A DNA stretch of 63,611 bases, counting the filler, from Choristocarpus tenellus KU-1152 (taxonomy: Eukaryota > Protista > Phaeophyceae): NCBI GenBank assembly GCA_964200185.2. It is 12 parts of 12 records of this genome, joined end to end, with 100 filler letters (N's around TTAATTAATTAA, not from the genome) between each part and the next. Parts side by side here need not be neighbours in the genome. Positions count along the whole stretch, not along the records: positions 1 to 3,712 come from CAXNAD020018364.1; positions 3,813 to 7,832 come from CAXNAD020016634.1; positions 7,933 to 11,222 come from CAXNAD020021003.1; positions 11,323 to 17,382 come from CAXNAD020009044.1; 8 more parts are not named here. One strand, written 5' to 3'. Positions 1-13,018 of this stretch are shown piece after piece. The position numbers were made by a program, and so were the translations under genes. Positions within the stretch are counted from its first letter, which is position 1, and the number at the start of each line of letters is the position of its first letter. The notes under the pieces are model-generated. The model was given only the letters and a program-made list of their open reading frames with translations. It was not told the origin of the DNA and made no database searches.

Positions 1-40
1 GTCATACAAAAAGCATGGGAGGCGAGGCCGCGAAGGGGCA

Positions 41-189
41 CTACACCAGGGTGTCCATTTGGGTCAAAACCAGGAAAAGTGCACTTTCATTATCCATCCG
101 ACGTAAGGAACCAAATCGCCAAAAAATTGCAACATGAAAAAATTGACCCCAAATGGACAGCCGCCATCCCCCCCCAGATACTTTGAGTC
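41..189. mobile_element. MITE family B copy (left end degenerate)
   Basis: Matches 7253-7429 along its length and ends in AAATGGACAGCCGCC...CCCAGATACTTTGAGTC. Confidence 0.8.
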
Positions 190-3100
190 TTTCGGTCTGT
201 GAGATACAAAAAAGACCATTGGAGGGAGCAAAATAACCATCCTATAGACAATACTTTCCCACTGGGTAGAACTTCAAAGTAATATTGCTTCGAAGTGCAA
301 AGCTCTAAGGAATGCAACATCAATCGCTACATATGATGTTATTGTATCTGCAACCACCGCACACCCTCCCCTGCACGCAGGGTTAGGAATGTAGGCAGAA
401 GTTGATGCACTGAGGGATTACCAAATGAATGACCAGATCGCATACTTGTATTATAGCAAACACTCTCAGGTATACAATTGACTGTACCAGAGCTACTCGT
501 GTGGGTTAGCCCACATATTACAATCGAAACCCTTCATATAAACCCATAATTCAAATCACCCTACTTGGTATAACCCGCCTGGTTTGACAATGACTCAATC
601 GGACAAGGCTCATTATTTGTCGTGTATGTTCTCTTCCCCACATTGCTGTGGTGGATAGATTGCAGGTATTAATGAATTAATATCGTCATTCAGCCCCATC
701 TTTCACAACAATTCCAACAACAGTCCCCATTCCACACTATCATTCCTCCTTCCTAAAGATTTACATATTTTCAACTGGGAGAGACTTCCCCCAGGTGACA
801 CGCCCATGTGTGTTAAAATTCTGGAGAAGTTTTCCCACTTGTTTCAAATGGTGTTTAGAATGTGTCTTGAGTTATTGCATCATGTTGTCGCATGACATAA
901 TGTCAATTCCTAACATTTCGTCTTACACCACAGCCACCATACACCCAACATTTATATGTTTTCTGTCTGGAGTAGTGTTTAAAATAGGTTTTTCGGTATA
1001 GTCAGCGGTACGGGAATGACTATAGAAAAACGAAATTGATGCGTGTTTGTGGAATTACTTGTATCAAATGTATACTATGGCGTCATACCACAGTGCTGAC
1101 TGCCGATATCCAAGACGTTACAAAGCGGGAATTCTTGATTAGTCTGTGGTCGAATCGTGAAACTGCCGCTATTTGAAGCACCAGCCTGGACTGTATCAGG
1201 AACAACATAGTATTTGGTGGATGCATTGCCTCAGGTATTCATTTTTCATAATTTGAATGTGTTGGAATAATATTAGAATAATGGGGACACATGTACTATA
1301 GCAGATGACAGATAATAGATATTGTATTATTAGTCCTGATCAAATCGTTAATTTTGACGGGTGGTCAGAAAGGCAACACAATGGCAGGAGCGAAGTAAGC
1401 AGTAAGAACTGCACATGTAAGAATGGGAGAGATGGAAGAAGTGTACAAAATTACGCAGAGAGAAACCTTTCAAAAGTAAATGCAAAAAACTACATAATAC
1501 CAAAATACATCAAATCATTTAGAAAAAAAAAGAATTGGAGGAGAGTAAGACCCAATCATTTCACCATATCCTAGCCACCTGTACAAATAGGGTTTGACTC
1601 TGACAACGGGTTGGGAGAGTCTCAGTTACAATGAACAGAAATCTGCGCATTTTATTTTAATTACCACCCCAACAGTATATCATACGCGCGCTTGCCACGA
1701 GAGGGCCTCTGGACACTCATGGAAGAATCAAGATATCTCTATTTCTGCATTTGCTTCTATATTTTCCAATCATTTCTTTCCCTCCCTCCCTCTCTCTACC
1801 TTTTCATTTTTTTTCTTTTTTCTCCTTGCCTGACCATCAGTACGTACCAAAATGTGGTTTTAATCACTCAATCAACAGAATTGATTCATTTGATTTTATA
1901 TTATTGATTTTATTGGTTAACACTCTCAGTTGTATGGACGATGCAGTGATGCACGAATATTTGACAGATATGGTCCATGAGAAAGATGCAACACATACCT
2001 TCGTCCTCTGAGTCACGGTCAGAAAGGTAAATGCAACAAGAGAGGGGAAAAAAAATGTATTTGCAGAAAGAAAACCACCAGAAAAATGAAAAAAAAAAGC
2101 GAGCTAACCAAATAGTAAAATCACAGACACACAACAGAAGAAGTACGAAAAAAAGCTCGGCAGAAAATATAGAAAAAACCCCAGCTAGCAGTGAAGTCTC
2201 CCCCAAAAAACAAGTATCAACTTCGGCATCAAGGGGTCGTGATTTTTCCGAGGAGAGCCTTATACAAATCTGTCCCCAGTCAGATTTGAGAATAAAAATC
2301 TGGTCGAGTCCCGCACACTCGCTTTCTGTTGCACAAAGCACTTGGGAGGTGGGCGGTTTCACTATCGTTATCAGAATTCTCACTTTTGTCCCCCAATGTC
2401 TTCCTGGCACGTAAAGTAATGAGTCTTTCTCACCTTGGAGGGTTCCTGAACAACACTTATCGGCGACCACCTTCATCCTGGCATGTTGTGTGTCGTACTT
2501 TGAGGCAGGATCAATACCCCACCTTGTAATGAGTCCTATGGGCTATACAAATAGAGAGGTAGGCAAGTTTGGGTCCTACTGCTTTCTAAGCCATATTTCT
2601 TACCCTGTGCAATGCACTCAATACCATTGCTTTATGTGCACAATAGTGTACGTAAAAACGTTATTCCCTCTTTCCACACAGAAAGCGACACCACAATTCA
2701 GCGAAGGATCTTCTGCAATGATACAAATGACATATTTTGACCCTTTCTTGGGTCCTTAGAATGCAACTCTACCAACCTCTCAATTGATTTGGCTCTCTAC
2801 ACCCACTTCCCTTGGACTCCTTGTGAACTTGCACTCCATTTCTTTCACATCAACTGTACTTGTTGGACCACAAACCTTACTTACTTTTGTATGTGTTATG
2901 TGTGTGTGTGATTTAAAGGGTGAACATGGATCCTATCACAATCTAAACGACCTGAACTCCATGTCCCCAAGCACGATATACAGCTTTTTTCTGGATATAT
3001 TCCTCCCACTCCGCCAGTGAGATCCTGTTTACCAAGCCTAGCATCACACTCCGACTTCAATTTCACTTTCACGATGGTTTGCATTACTGACCACCCTAAA

Positions 3101-3712
3101 ATACGCACTCTATCAATTTCATCTCAGATTCCAAGGAAGATTCCTCATACTTTTGTCTCCTCAGTGTACATCTCCCTCTTTACTGGAGGACACTCCCCCT
3201 CTCCTCTCCCGCAAAGAATGATCAAAATTGCTCTTTGCATGCCCCTTCCTTAAGAGTACAAACACTGACCCTTCATCAGTCGACACCCCATGCCACGCCC
3301 TCCGTAAGCTCTACCCATTTCCTCAGACACCTTCTGAAATCCAGATCCTCGTCTCAATCCCTTTAATTTAACTTCTCCCTTCACCCTACATACATTTTTC
3401 TTTTCCCTTGCCACATGTCAGAACACCAATACCAATTCACTATTCAGTCACAAAACTTATTCATATTCCTTCATAATCTAGCACATCGTTTTTGTTTCTT
3501 GAGGTAGCGCTACTGTCCAGAACATACATAATGCGTAACAAATCATGTTTCTCGTAGCACTCTTCTAGTCCCAAGATTTAGAACTATGCATGATGTCTTC
3601 AAGAGCCGAAGTAAACGAGAGGTACCCACGTTTTGGGCGGTTTGCATTGAGGATGGTTGTTTTGCGAAAACGGTCTTTAAAAAGTACCTCAAGGTTTTTT
3701 GGAAGGGCCCCT

Positions 3713-3812
3713 NNNNNNNNNNNNNNNNNNNNNNNNNNNNNNNNNNNNNNNNNNNNTTAATTAATTAANNNNNNNNNNNNNNNNNNNNNNNNNNNNNNNN
3801 NNNNNNNNNNNN
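3713..3812. other. Artificial contig-joining spacer (44 N + TTAATTAATTAA + 44 N). Identical spacers at 7833-7932, 11223-11322, 17383-17482, 30139-30238, 33847-33946, 40761-40860, 44314-44413, 54350-54449, 57096-57195 and 60847-60946
   Basis: Eleven identical 100-nt blocks. TTAATTAATTAA places a stop codon in all six frames, a standard concatenation linker. Confidence 0.97.
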
Positions 3813-3836
3813 ACCCCCTCCCAGATACTTTGAGCC
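3813..3836. mobile_element. MITE family B terminal fragment at contig start
   Basis: ACCCCCTCCCAGATACTTTGAGCC is the family B terminal inverted repeat (TIR). Confidence 0.75.
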
Positions 3837-4407
3837 GTCAGGCTAGAGGCTCCTCTGAGCTTATATTTGGGAGGGGAAGTTGTCTTTTTGATTGATTTTA
3901 CAACTGTAGGGTTCTCATAGAGGTCTATAAGAGGCGAAAATACAACACACAACAATTATACATTTTATCATCAGGACTGCATCCACGACATCGCTTCCCC
4001 TAGTAAACTTCTCGGAAGGATAAGCCAATATTCAATGAAGCTGGGAACCCGCGTATGTTAGTTGTTGTGTGTAACGAAAGATCGATGTTCCTCATGCCAT
4101 TTTGCTTTCATTTCTTAAGCGACGATCCAACTATTAACGAAATCGAATATCTATCCCTCTTCTGCTATGGGGTAAAGATGCTCCCATATCACATGCGTAT
4201 CAAAATCTTCGAGGGTGGCATCTTGTCAATAAAGGCAGGTTTTGGAGTTCGTTGACAATTTTATGTATATTATTATTTTCCTATGTGATGTTGATATTAT
4301 CATTGCCCCTGGAGGTGAAAACATTGGTATGGTTTCACTGAATATTTCCATGTAAGAAGAGTAGAAATTCATTTCACACGACAAAGGAACCGTAATTTGA
4401 CCTTCAA

Positions 4408-6901
4408 ATGCCGAAAGATTGTCTGGATGGGCATGGAAGAGGATTAGGTAGTCGCACACTCACCCTCTCCCATAGACCAATGGTAGAGGTTGATTGCAGC
4501 GAGAAAGCGGATGCCGAGAGCATGGCGAGAGCAGAGATCGAGGCAACCTTTGCAACTATGTCAAAAAAAATCAAGGTGCATGCTTCCTCTACACCGAACA
4601 CTAGCAATGTTCCTTGACCATATCTAGAAAACCTAACCTGCTGCTGAAGATATGCACTAGAGCTGAATGCTGTCGTAGATGGCCGTAACATGTGCAAATT
4701 TTCTTCCCTCAATACTTTCTACGAAATATAGAAGGAACACGAGCAGCATCGAGTCACCTTGGCTCGGGAGCAGCGTCTCAGAGAAATCCTTCGCGAACAC
4801 TTCAGACAAACAGAGGGCAGATATCACACTACGAATAGAGGCAGCTTCGAGCACGATTTAGTAACCCATGAAGAAGCTACAGCGATTATGCCACACAAGG
4901 AAAGCGTATGTACGAAATGCCCAACGCCACCTGATGAGGGTGAAATCCGAGATATCTCCAACTTAAACAAGGAAGATGGACAGCAGGTGTCTCCAGCTGT
5001 ACCAAGCGCCGAGATCCCTCTGTGTGTACTTACTGATCTCTTCCAGGCAGCAAGTACTAAGTTTGAAATCCGAAACGGGGGCAGTGGTGACGGCAAGGTA
5101 GACACAGGGGATGGCACGGAAGAAGAGGTTTGGAGGGGATTGTTCAAACAACGCCAGGCGCAGGATCGACTAGGCAAGGAGGTGAGCACTCTAGGTAGAT
5201 CGATATTTGTCAAAGCTTATTATATCAGTAGGAGTGTATATCATTATAGTGTGGTTAACAAAAAAAAAATGTTTTTTCGTCCACTTGCATGTTGAAGGAC
5301 CAAGCTGCTGAGCATACAACGACTGAACCAAGACTGGAAGTGCTTCGAATAGCTATGTTATATTACATGAAGATCCTCGGTGGTATATGCATGCGAATGG
5401 TCATACTGGAAGTTATTGAGATCGGTCTATGAAGTCGGTGCTCCTGGTTAGAGACATCTTGCTTTGAAACATGAACACCACCAACGACAGATGTGGCCAA
5501 CAAGCATAATTGGTTACATTCGATGGTCTGACTGCAGTCAGAAGGACGTTCATCCAGAAACAACAAGACCCATTTCAGTTGATCTTTGTCACCATCACAA
5601 TTTTAAATCAACAATTTACCAGTCCTCTCTATATTCCTCAATAGGTTGCAGGCCTCAAGACTGAAATGGCTCGAGAAGCCCAGCGAACAGCAAGAATTGA
5701 GACAGGACTGGAATCCCTTCAGCCATTGCGTGCTCTCATCCCTGATCAACCTTCAGTGGCTGATAGATGCCATCCTACACTAGAAGGGGGCATTCCACTA
5801 CAAGTAGCATCAGGAGCTGCTAATCTTGTGCCTTCCGCATGTGATGCGGGCAGAGCACTAGATGTGTCACAGCACAACGGATATGCTCTGCCAAACTTTG
5901 AGACGTACACACCTGAACAAAAGGAGAGTAGTGCTGGAGCCCACAGACGCAAATTTAGGGCTGCTTACGGCGAAGTATCAATTAATCCGAATGTGATATC
6001 GAATCAGGGTGGCTTTTGCAGTATTGTGCGACCAAATCCACTCCCACAGGTGAGAGGAGGAAAGCTAGTTATTGCATCAATGCCCTCCAATATGTGTTTC
6101 AGGAAGGAAGTTACAGCTCCTAGAATCTTGTGTGAAAGGAAAAGATGTAACCAGGAACAGGTCCATTGCTCGTGCTATGTTTGTCAGAAGAAAACAGGGC
6201 GTAGTAGATGCTTAGTGGAGGACTTCTTGGTCAGATAGGAGGCAGGAAAGGCCTCTACTGCAATGAATGGTGCTCTCAATGCAACTATACAAAATGGTCA
6301 GGGCTTAATTTGGGTAGAATCCGATGCTTGTCCAACAATTCCTTGCCAACGAAATGGTGTTCAGGAGAGACAGTCAACAAGTTTATGCCATGAGGAAACT
6401 ACTAGTATTCATCAGGGTTCATTTTCCAAAGAGGAACCTCTGGTCCAGCGAATTGCACATGGTGTGCAATACTCAAGAGAAGATCATCCTGATAGCAAGT
6501 GGTATCTGGATGCTGAGGAACAAGGTCATAGCCTCATCGTTGATACGAACAAAATGGACAGTATTCAGGAAAATCAAATGCCCAAAACACAGGAAGGCTC
6601 AGATTACTCACCAGTTATCTGGAGGACTGGTAGTGGTAAGACTGAGAGCGCAGTCCATCACAGCTCTTCAAATATCTCTGAGCAGACTGGGAGAGGATGT
6701 ACTACACTACGCAATGGAAGGTCGCTTGGAGGGGAGGAGGGGAGGGGTACGTCAACTGCAGTGCAGCAATTGGGCCATGTGCTCCGATTTCAGCAGGACA
6801 AGGTACATAGGTTGGAAGGTTTGGTAAGGAGGCTTGCTGACGAGGATATTGGGAAGGAGGAACAAATTGCTGCACTGATGGAGCAGTTGGAGTGTGATAA
6901 G
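4408..6901 (+). CDS. Multi-exon coiled-coil, largely disordered protein of unknown function (3' end not resolved). Exons about 4408-4575, 4732-5181, 5645-6049, 6239-6901
   Basis: Four ORF pieces join in phase 0 through GT-AG introns (AAG|GTGCAT..ATATAG, GAG|GTGAGC..CAATAG, CAG|GTGAGA..AGATAG). A further donor AAG|GTGAGA lies at 6902. Junctions give continuous helical sequence (QRQAQDRLGKE|VAGLKTEMAREAQR). Confidence 0.65.
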
Positions 6902-7043
6902 GTGAGAACCATAGCTCAAGCATGCTCCAGAGACATGAGACTCCAGAGCAGTGACTCCTTAACATATTGCTTGTCTTTAGTTCATACAGATAATCTGACT
7001 AGACCAAGGTCACCTCTCTCCCAATTCAAAAGCGAACTATTTT

Positions 7044-7478
7044 GAGTGAAAGTATCTTAGAGGGTACGAGTTTTGCCCTGTTTGTCCATTTGGGACTTGG
7101 CTTCCCACGGGTTTTTAATGACATTTTACCTACTCCAAAATGTTTTTGAGCAGATAAAATACATGTTATGAAAAGGTGTGTCCGGAACAAGGATATTGAC
7201 ATCTCCTAACAACATGATAGCCAAATTTACATCAAATTTCAACATTGGATATGACCTAAAGTATCTGGGGGGGGGGGGGAACCACACCAGGGTGTCCATT
7301 TGACCAAGATCAGGAAAAGTGCATGAACACTATCCATCCGATGTATGCAACCAAATCGCACAAAAAACGCGATATGAAAAAATTGACCCCAAATGGACAG
7401 CCGCTACCCCCTCCCAGATACTTTGAGTCTATTGGCCCCCAAATGGACGCAGCTCTACCTTCTAAGATACTTTGACTC
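7044..7478. mobile_element. MITE family A (about 255 bp without the insert), carrying a nested family B element
   Basis: TIRs GAGTGAAAGTATCTTAGAGGGTA and TACCTTCTAAGATACTTTGACTC, flanked by TTT on both sides (7041-7043, 7479-7481). Body matches 39425-39681. Confidence 0.9.
7253..7429. mobile_element. Complete MITE family B element (177 bp) nested in family A
   Basis: TIRs GACCTAAAGTATCTGGGGG and CCTCCCAGATACTTTGAGTC. TAT duplicated at 7250-7252 and 7430-7432. Removing it restores the A sequence CATTGGAT(A/T)TTGGCCCC seen in 39425-39681. Confidence 0.9.
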
Positions 7479-7735
7479 TTTGTTGCCTATTTTTCGCAAG
7501 CGCTCTCTACATCATTGCATTGTGATTGTCTACTTATTCTATGAACATAGATTTCAACGAAAGGTGTCATGTTTTTGTGTTTTTTTGTACAATAGGCTGT
7601 TTTGATTCCTTATCTCATACAACAAAAGGAAGTAGAGTAACAGGGTGGAGGGTACTTAAGGGCAGTCCTCTGAGATGATGTATTGTTACTGTTGCCTTCC
7701 CTTGTATTCCCCCCCCCTAATCCAGGCTAATCTGT

Positions 7736-7832
7736 CACTCAAAGTATCTGGGGGGGGGGTGCGGGGGGGGGGGGGGGGGGCCCTTCCGAGGGTGGCCCTG
7801 GGGGAGCGGAGAGGGGAAAGTGGGGTTGTTTT
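7736..7832. mobile_element. MITE family B terminal fragment at contig end
   Basis: CTCAAAGTATCTGGGGG followed by a G-run into the gap. Confidence 0.65.
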
Positions 7833-9076
7833 NNNNNNNNNNNNNNNNNNNNNNNNNNNNNNNNNNNNNNNNNNNNTTAATTAATTAANNNNNNNNNNNN
7901 NNNNNNNNNNNNNNNNNNNNNNNNNNNNNNNNAAGGGGGGCTAATATGAGCATGGGCAATGGAGGGGGGGGGGGGAGGAGTATGAATGTGGTAAGTTAGG
8001 ATAGAGGGAGGAGGTCAAGGTGAATAGTGACACTCTTGAGGAGGAGAGGAGTTAGTAGTGACAATGGAGTCTAGAGGAAAACAAGCACACTCTTTCCCAT
8101 CATTCTATTGATAACACAAATATTTAAGAGGTATGTACCTTTTTGAAAACTTGGCCGAGAGGGTAGCCTTTCCTGTTGAAGCCAAATAATCACCCTCAAT
8201 GATAGGAGAGAATGTATGTCATTTCCCTTACCGTTGGCTCTACTCTACAATGATGATGAGGGCTCCCTGAACCATACTGAGAATAATGTGGCCCTGCAGC
8301 AATCATTAAAAGGGTTGTATAAACGACTTCAGTATAAATATCAGTTCCTACAGGTGTTGTCTTCTGAACCTTAACCCCAATACCATACTAATAACTAAAA
8401 AAGACCATAAACGTACTTAAGCTTCCTAGTGCATAACCCAAGCCTGAGTCAGGACACACCTGAGTGACACTAACCTTGAGGGGTAGGAATCTGGCTGGGG
8501 GGCTTACATAATGAATGTGCCTCTCCATGGGACTTCATATGTATATATCATTATTATTAATAAGGCTCTTCTATCAGTGGAAAAATTGCTATGTAAATAA
8601 GAGCAGTGTAATTGTTCTATGCAGTACCATTACAATATAATTATTCCAATATCACTTGTACCACAAATAACACAGAACATTTGTAAGGAGTATGAAGTGC
8701 CACTTCAATAGTCAATGGTTACTATCACTTGCAACATGCGCTTCAGATTCCTTTCCATTGAATTCATGTCAAGGAATCTATGAGAGTGAGCAAAAAACAT
8801 GTCTTCTGCTGTCTCTGGTGTAGGCAGCTGGTGAAAAAACGGCCCCTACAGAGCATAGGACATGCACCATAACATTAATATCAATAACATTGCCAAAAAA
8901 AAGGCTTGGTTATCGTTACTTTGATGTTTCTTATTTTCAGTACTTCTTGCATTGCTCAAGCACTGTGTATTGCCTTCTTCAGACTAACTTTCAATCAAGA
9001 GTCTGGGATTCACGAGACTAATGTAACAACAAGAGTAAGAATAAGAATAATAACGATGATCATGTTGTGTGCTCAC

Positions 9077-9553
9077 CTCTGAAGGGAAGTCCTCGCCCAT
9101 TGCAGGTGCCACCTGAGTCGTGTGTGGATCTAGCCCAACAAGAGTCTCACCTGCCGTACCATGCCATCATATCATCAGCAGCTATAATTCCCACTATCAC
9201 AATGAGGCAACATGTTCACTCTTTGTATGCCATGTACAATGACAATGGGAGGTTTGTACAGATTGATCAAACAGAACAGAACTAGCCATAAAAAGCTGCT
9301 CCGGAATATCACGGGAGGTAAGAGAGAGCGACATAATGTGAAGGGAGGTAAGAGGGGTGGCTATGTCCATTCATACTAACGAGAGAAGTTGTATCTCATT
9401 TTGACACCACCCTCAGTACATTTTCCTGTCCCATAACAGACAGGGGGTGGGGGGGCAGGGGGGGAAGTTGTCCTGCATTCAATCCAAAAACTATACATAT
9501 ACATCCATCAATACAAGTGAAGGAAATGAAAAAGACAAGATCATAGTTAGTGG

Positions 9554-9586
<33 letters not shown>

Positions 9587-11222
9587 AGAGCAAGAAATAT
9601 CTGACATATTTTAGGTACACCCTACATGGTCAGCAACAAATTCCACATCACACATGTTGTCCCGCCGACCCTCAACACTATACTAAGCAAAACAAATACA
9701 AGGATTTCCACACCTTGGCAGATGACCCACCTCAAAATGATCCTACATACCATGTACATTGATGAACCAATGGATGATAAAATACACATTTTTGGTGCCC
9801 CTACATCCAGATACCCAGTGAGAAAGGATAGGCGAGGTAAGAGCAGTCATATTCCTTGGAGGGGGTATGTATCCATGACCGCAGCCTCGTATGGGGGAAG
9901 GGTATGGGAAATTTCTATGAAATTTCTATGCATGTCTACTGAACCCTGTGTGTGGTGTTCCATGCTATAGATGTATCTATTGTCCTTGGACCAGTGAGCA
10001 TAGCATCAAGCGCCAAATTAAGGGGTATCAATTTTTTACAATGCAATCGAAGTCTCTCACAAAAGACAGTCAGCACATCATACCAATCAAGACTCTAATA
10101 TGCACTGAGATAACAAGTTCACATTACTGCTCCACTTCAACTACAACTACAACTACACTGCATACAGTGAACACACACACACAGACACACACGGTGACAA
10201 AGAGTAAAGACATGTCTTCACATTGCAGCTGGGTTGAAGGTTTCAATAGTCCAGAAGCATCTCTACATACATCAGAACTTCAAGCACAAACAGCATTGTA
10301 TTGTGGTATTTGTCACTCAAGGATGTGGGGAAGAGACCTTCAGAGACTTTGACCCTTGAGACAAGAAGGAGGTACAGAAAAAAAAATTACACAGGTATAA
10401 TGCACACCTTGGAAACCGATAAAAAAAATGGCATGGTTTGGCCTTCCCCCTAGGAAACCCAGAGACTGTGGCAGCTGAAGCATCCCCAGGAGTCCTTTCA
10501 TTTTGACCCAATAAACAACAGTCCCACCAGGGCAGATCAGTAAGGCACAGAAAGGAGTGCAGGATTGTGGACAGGTGAGCAAGTGAGGATACTAATACAT
10601 GCAAGGGTTACGGCTTCAAATCAATGGGGAATGAGAGAACACACTGGCCCGTTACTCCAAAAAGCAGTACCCGCTAATATCCTTCACACAGTGGGCTTGA
10701 GAGACTATCAAAAAGCAGTACCCACTCATATCTTTCACCCATTAAAAAAATCACCACAACAGGACTCCAGCAAGATGAAAATTTGTTGGAACACAAGACC
10801 TCGCTCACCCCCCCCTCCTCAGCACAAGTCCTTTCAACCCTCCCTCCTTTAATTCAAGCCCACTCTAGGGGGTGCCACTCTCACCATCAATATACACTGC
10901 ACTTAGCTCTTCCAATCCTAGCCTCAACGGGATGAGCAGTATAACTGCTCCTGACCATTGCTCCTTTCCCGTCCCATCCTCAGTCTCAATCCCAGGGTTC
11001 AGCAATGGGTCAAAGAATGCTGGCACAGATGGCGTGACTGTCTTGGTAACTGTTTCTGAAACTGTTACATCTTGTGGATCTGTTCCTACTCCACCTGATA
11101 CACTGGACCCAATAGCATATGTCCTGTTGGACAGGCCACTCCCCTTTGACCCAACCTTGAGTGTTACTGCCCCCCCTCCTTCCCCACCACACTCCGTTTG
11201 TAGAAGCCCTGTCCCGCCCTCT
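9077..11222 (-). CDS. ATG4: Autophagy cysteine protease ATG4 (peptidase C54), partial. Exons 11222-10885, 10494-10408, 9150-9077
   Basis: Spliced translation WSGAVILLIPLRLGLEELSAVYID-GLLGMLQLPQSLGFLGGRPNHAIFFIGFQ-GETLVGLDPHTTQVAP contains the ATG4 motifs IPLRLG, PQSLGxxGGxPN and the catalytic DPH. GT-AG junctions are phase-consistent. The exon with the catalytic Cys is outside this contig. Confidence 0.92.
9552..9584. repeat. (TAC)n microsatellite in an ATG4 intron
   Basis: About 10-11 tandem TAC units. Confidence 0.9.
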
Positions 11223-11322
11223 NNNNNNNNNNNNNNNNNNNNNNNNNNNNNNNNNNNNNNNNNNNNTTAATTAATTAANNNNNNNNNNNNNNNNNNNNNN
11301 NNNNNNNNNNNNNNNNNNNNNN

Positions 11323-11363
11323 CCAAATGGACAGCCGCCACCCCCTCCCAGATACTTTGAGCC
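11323..11363. mobile_element. MITE family B terminal fragment at contig start
   Basis: CCAAATGGACAGCCGCCACCCCCTCCCAGATACTTTGAGCC. Confidence 0.85.
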
Positions 11364-11491
11364 ATTTGTAAAAAAAAAATAGTATAGTGGTCCCAAAATC
11401 AGTATCCTTACATCCTATTCGGATGTAGTAAGTCATGCAAACTTTATATTCCTGGAAAGTAAAATTCAAAGAACAGAAGTGTCGCTACATT

Positions 11492-11707
11492 TCTATACTA
11501 ATAAATACATTTGTATTCAATGTAACTTGTCTATACTAACAAAGACATTTATATTCAATGTAACTAATCTGCACTAATAAAGATATTTTGTATCAATGTC
11601 ACTTGTCTATACTAACAAAGACATTTGTATTCAATGTAACTTGTCTGTACCAATAAAGATTTTTGTATTCAATGTCACTTGTCTATACTATTGAAGACAT
11701 TTGTATT
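11492..11707. repeat. Minisatellite, about 38-bp unit x 5-6
   Basis: Unit approximately TCTATACTAAYAAAGACATTTGTATTCAATGTMACTTG, repeated in tandem. Confidence 0.9.
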
Positions 11708-13018
11708 GCCCATATCAAAAAAATACTTGGAAAGTATTAAAAAAGCGAATGTGGAGTCGCTCCTGGTTACACTGAGAGTCACATTCACTAACCCTAACCC
11801 TAAGTACATACACCCAGAAACAAAGAAACGCACGAGAGTGTGTGGGTCTTTCATCTCTTGTTATGATATCATTCCTGTGCAGGCTGTCAAGCTTCAGTAC
11901 ACAACAATATAATACCAGTTTCCAATATGACAAATGTCAACCCTTGCCACTGTACACCTCTCACAATGAACAGCTTGCACCTCACCCTCCGTGCATGTAA
12001 CCCTCTGAGTCAACGGAGTCTACCATCATGCTACATAATAGTACCCAAATAAGTCAGCCGAGCAATCAATCAAGACTTCATCCACAGGTATTAACCTCTA
12101 TCTGCTCACAATTTGAAACTATTAACTTTTTAGTTTTTCTATCTACACTCAGTATAAGTATCACTGGCTTTGCTATAATATCAAGAACGGCATTGTTGGC
12201 TAACTTGTGGGTTGTGGAAGAACAAACAAATCGAGAACCAATTGGGATATTCTGGAGCAAGGACTAGCAGCTGCATCCATGAATCATTTTCTCATTCTTT
12301 GCGATTTAGACAGTTCTCTAGTTGTGCACACTAACTGCAAGTATCCCTCATGACTTCCTGAGCCCAAAACTTCCAAAAAGTAACAGGAAGCTAAATTCAC
12401 ACAATCTGTGTGTACAAAACCTCCTTCGAGAAGGTGAGGGGTTATATAGAGTGAGAAGTACCAGAAGTAAAGGGAACCAAGATAAGAATTGGCATAACAT
12501 ACGCAAAAAAGTATGTTTTTAGGGTAATACTGACACCACAGCCAGCGCACACAGAAGCATAACACCTGCTTCGCAAAGGACTCCATATCAAAGTATCAAA
12601 GAGTAAATGCTCTCTGGGGATAAGATATGAAATTCGCGATATCAACCCTTACACAGTCCCTAACAAGAGACGTGAAATCATAATTTTTTCACACATTTGC
12701 ATATATATATATATACACATACCAAAACACACCATCAGCAGACTTTCCCCTGCACATAACACCAGTGCACGATTTATGTGCACGGAAGGAAATCACTCCA
12801 AACAAAGGAATTGCAACATACACAATCCAGAAGGGCATGTATGCTTCAGATCTTTGACCTGAAGGTGGGCAAAATAATCCCATTGTTTAACACAAACCAG
12901 GCGACAAACAAACTCAATGTACAAAGAGACTGACCCTACCCATTCGCTACTGGAAAGGATTTACACAAGAATGAGAAAAAACCTAGAAAATGGGTAAACC
13001 ACAAAGACAAAATATCGA
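11497..13018 (-). mobile_element. Possible degenerate Penelope-like (PLE) or other non-LTR retroelement relic
   Basis: Minus-strand NIPIGSRFVCSS...IEVNTC resembles the PLE reverse transcriptase motif (KLHKxPxxxRFI...VNxxW). A 14-bp direct repeat CGCTACATTTCTAT flanks it (11483-11496, 13019-13032). Many stop codons. Confidence 0.35.

Noticed and set aside
3270-3290. CTGATGA cores (also near 33700, 36310 and 42942) as hammerhead ribozymes
   Set aside because: No properly spaced GAAA with the required flanking helices could be built.
2900-3430. Purine-rich minus-strand stretch resembling a LINE C-terminal region (LRRGSG..EMGR..CRL)
   Set aside because: Too decayed to support a call without a profile search.
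3757-3768. Recurring TTAATTAATTAA between N runs as a biological repeat, CRISPR-like array or piggyBac site
   Set aside because: The identical 44N-12-44N format marks it as an artificial six-frame-stop linker.
6236-6238. In-frame TAG between two same-frame ORFs, suggesting readthrough, a recoded stop or a pseudogene
   Set aside because: The TAG is the acceptor of a phase-0 intron (6050-6238). The stops at 4615-4731 are likewise intronic.
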